NCBI GenBank assembly: GCA_051362555.1 | Contig: CM120640.1 | Coordinates: forward strand, 3,038,001-3,102,000 | Reading direction: 5' to 3' | Origin: Lingula anatina | Lineage: Eukaryota > Animalia > Brachiopoda | DNA length: 64,000 nucleotides | Position numbers and translations under genes: made by a program | Notes under the pieces: generated by a model | Databases searched by the model: none | Seen by the model: only the letters and a program-made list of their open reading frames with translations | What the model was told of the DNA's origin: nothing | Shown: positions 63,743 through 64,000 of the stretch, in pieces | How the letters are laid out: each line of letters opens with the position of its first letter | Position numbering within the stretch: the first letter of the stretch is position 1

Positions 63743-64000
63743 CAGGGCCGTAGCCTCCGGGGGGGGCAGGGGGGGCAGCTGCCCCCCCCTGGAAATTGGG
63801 GTGCAAAAAAAAATAATCGCAAAGGTAAAAAAAATAATTGCAAAGTTGGTATCAATTCTGTGAGAAAAGGCACTCATGGCCACTAGACAATCATTCAACA
63901 ATCTGTTTACAAAGGTGTACTGTTTTTAGCCAACTCAGTTCATGCCAAAAAGCTCACCCTCCCTGAGGGAGCTATCCCCCAGGCCAATTGGCGTGTTGTG
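63743..64000. mobile_element. Probable left end of an hAT-like non-autonomous element running out of the window
   Basis: CAGGGCCGTAGC followed by GGGGGGCAGCTGCCCCCC; the second end is not visible. Confidence 0.4.

Overview
AT-rich, intron-containing animal DNA, probably a lophotrochozoan or mollusc (inferred from gene and repeat content). Layout: (1) 1-3087, the 3' part of a secreted Gly/Tyr/Gln-repeat protein with an interrupted cupredoxin-like domain. (2) 4586-17386, four minus-strand 3-exon genes of an unrecognised secreted Cys-rich family (motifs D[YF]YN[WY]xDE and a terminal CCC, usually CGPNYCCC), one carrying a PAN/apple-like domain. (3) 18300-36950, a single-copy core: ATP5F1D, a DUSP3-like phosphatase, an unusual six-zinc-finger RIG-I/Dicer-type helicase, LRRC72 and INTS12. 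(4) 36952-59625, an inverted, transposon-inflated duplicate of about 5098-18300 carrying three intact family genes and one truncated pseudogene. It lies between the 5' ends of INTS12 and Hikeshi and is flanked by an 8-bp direct repeat. (5) Hikeshi. Many arm-specific mobile elements (Tc1, Helentron-type HINEs, LINEs, MITEs) can be delimited against empty sites in the other arm. Exon boundaries were read by eye and no database searches were run.
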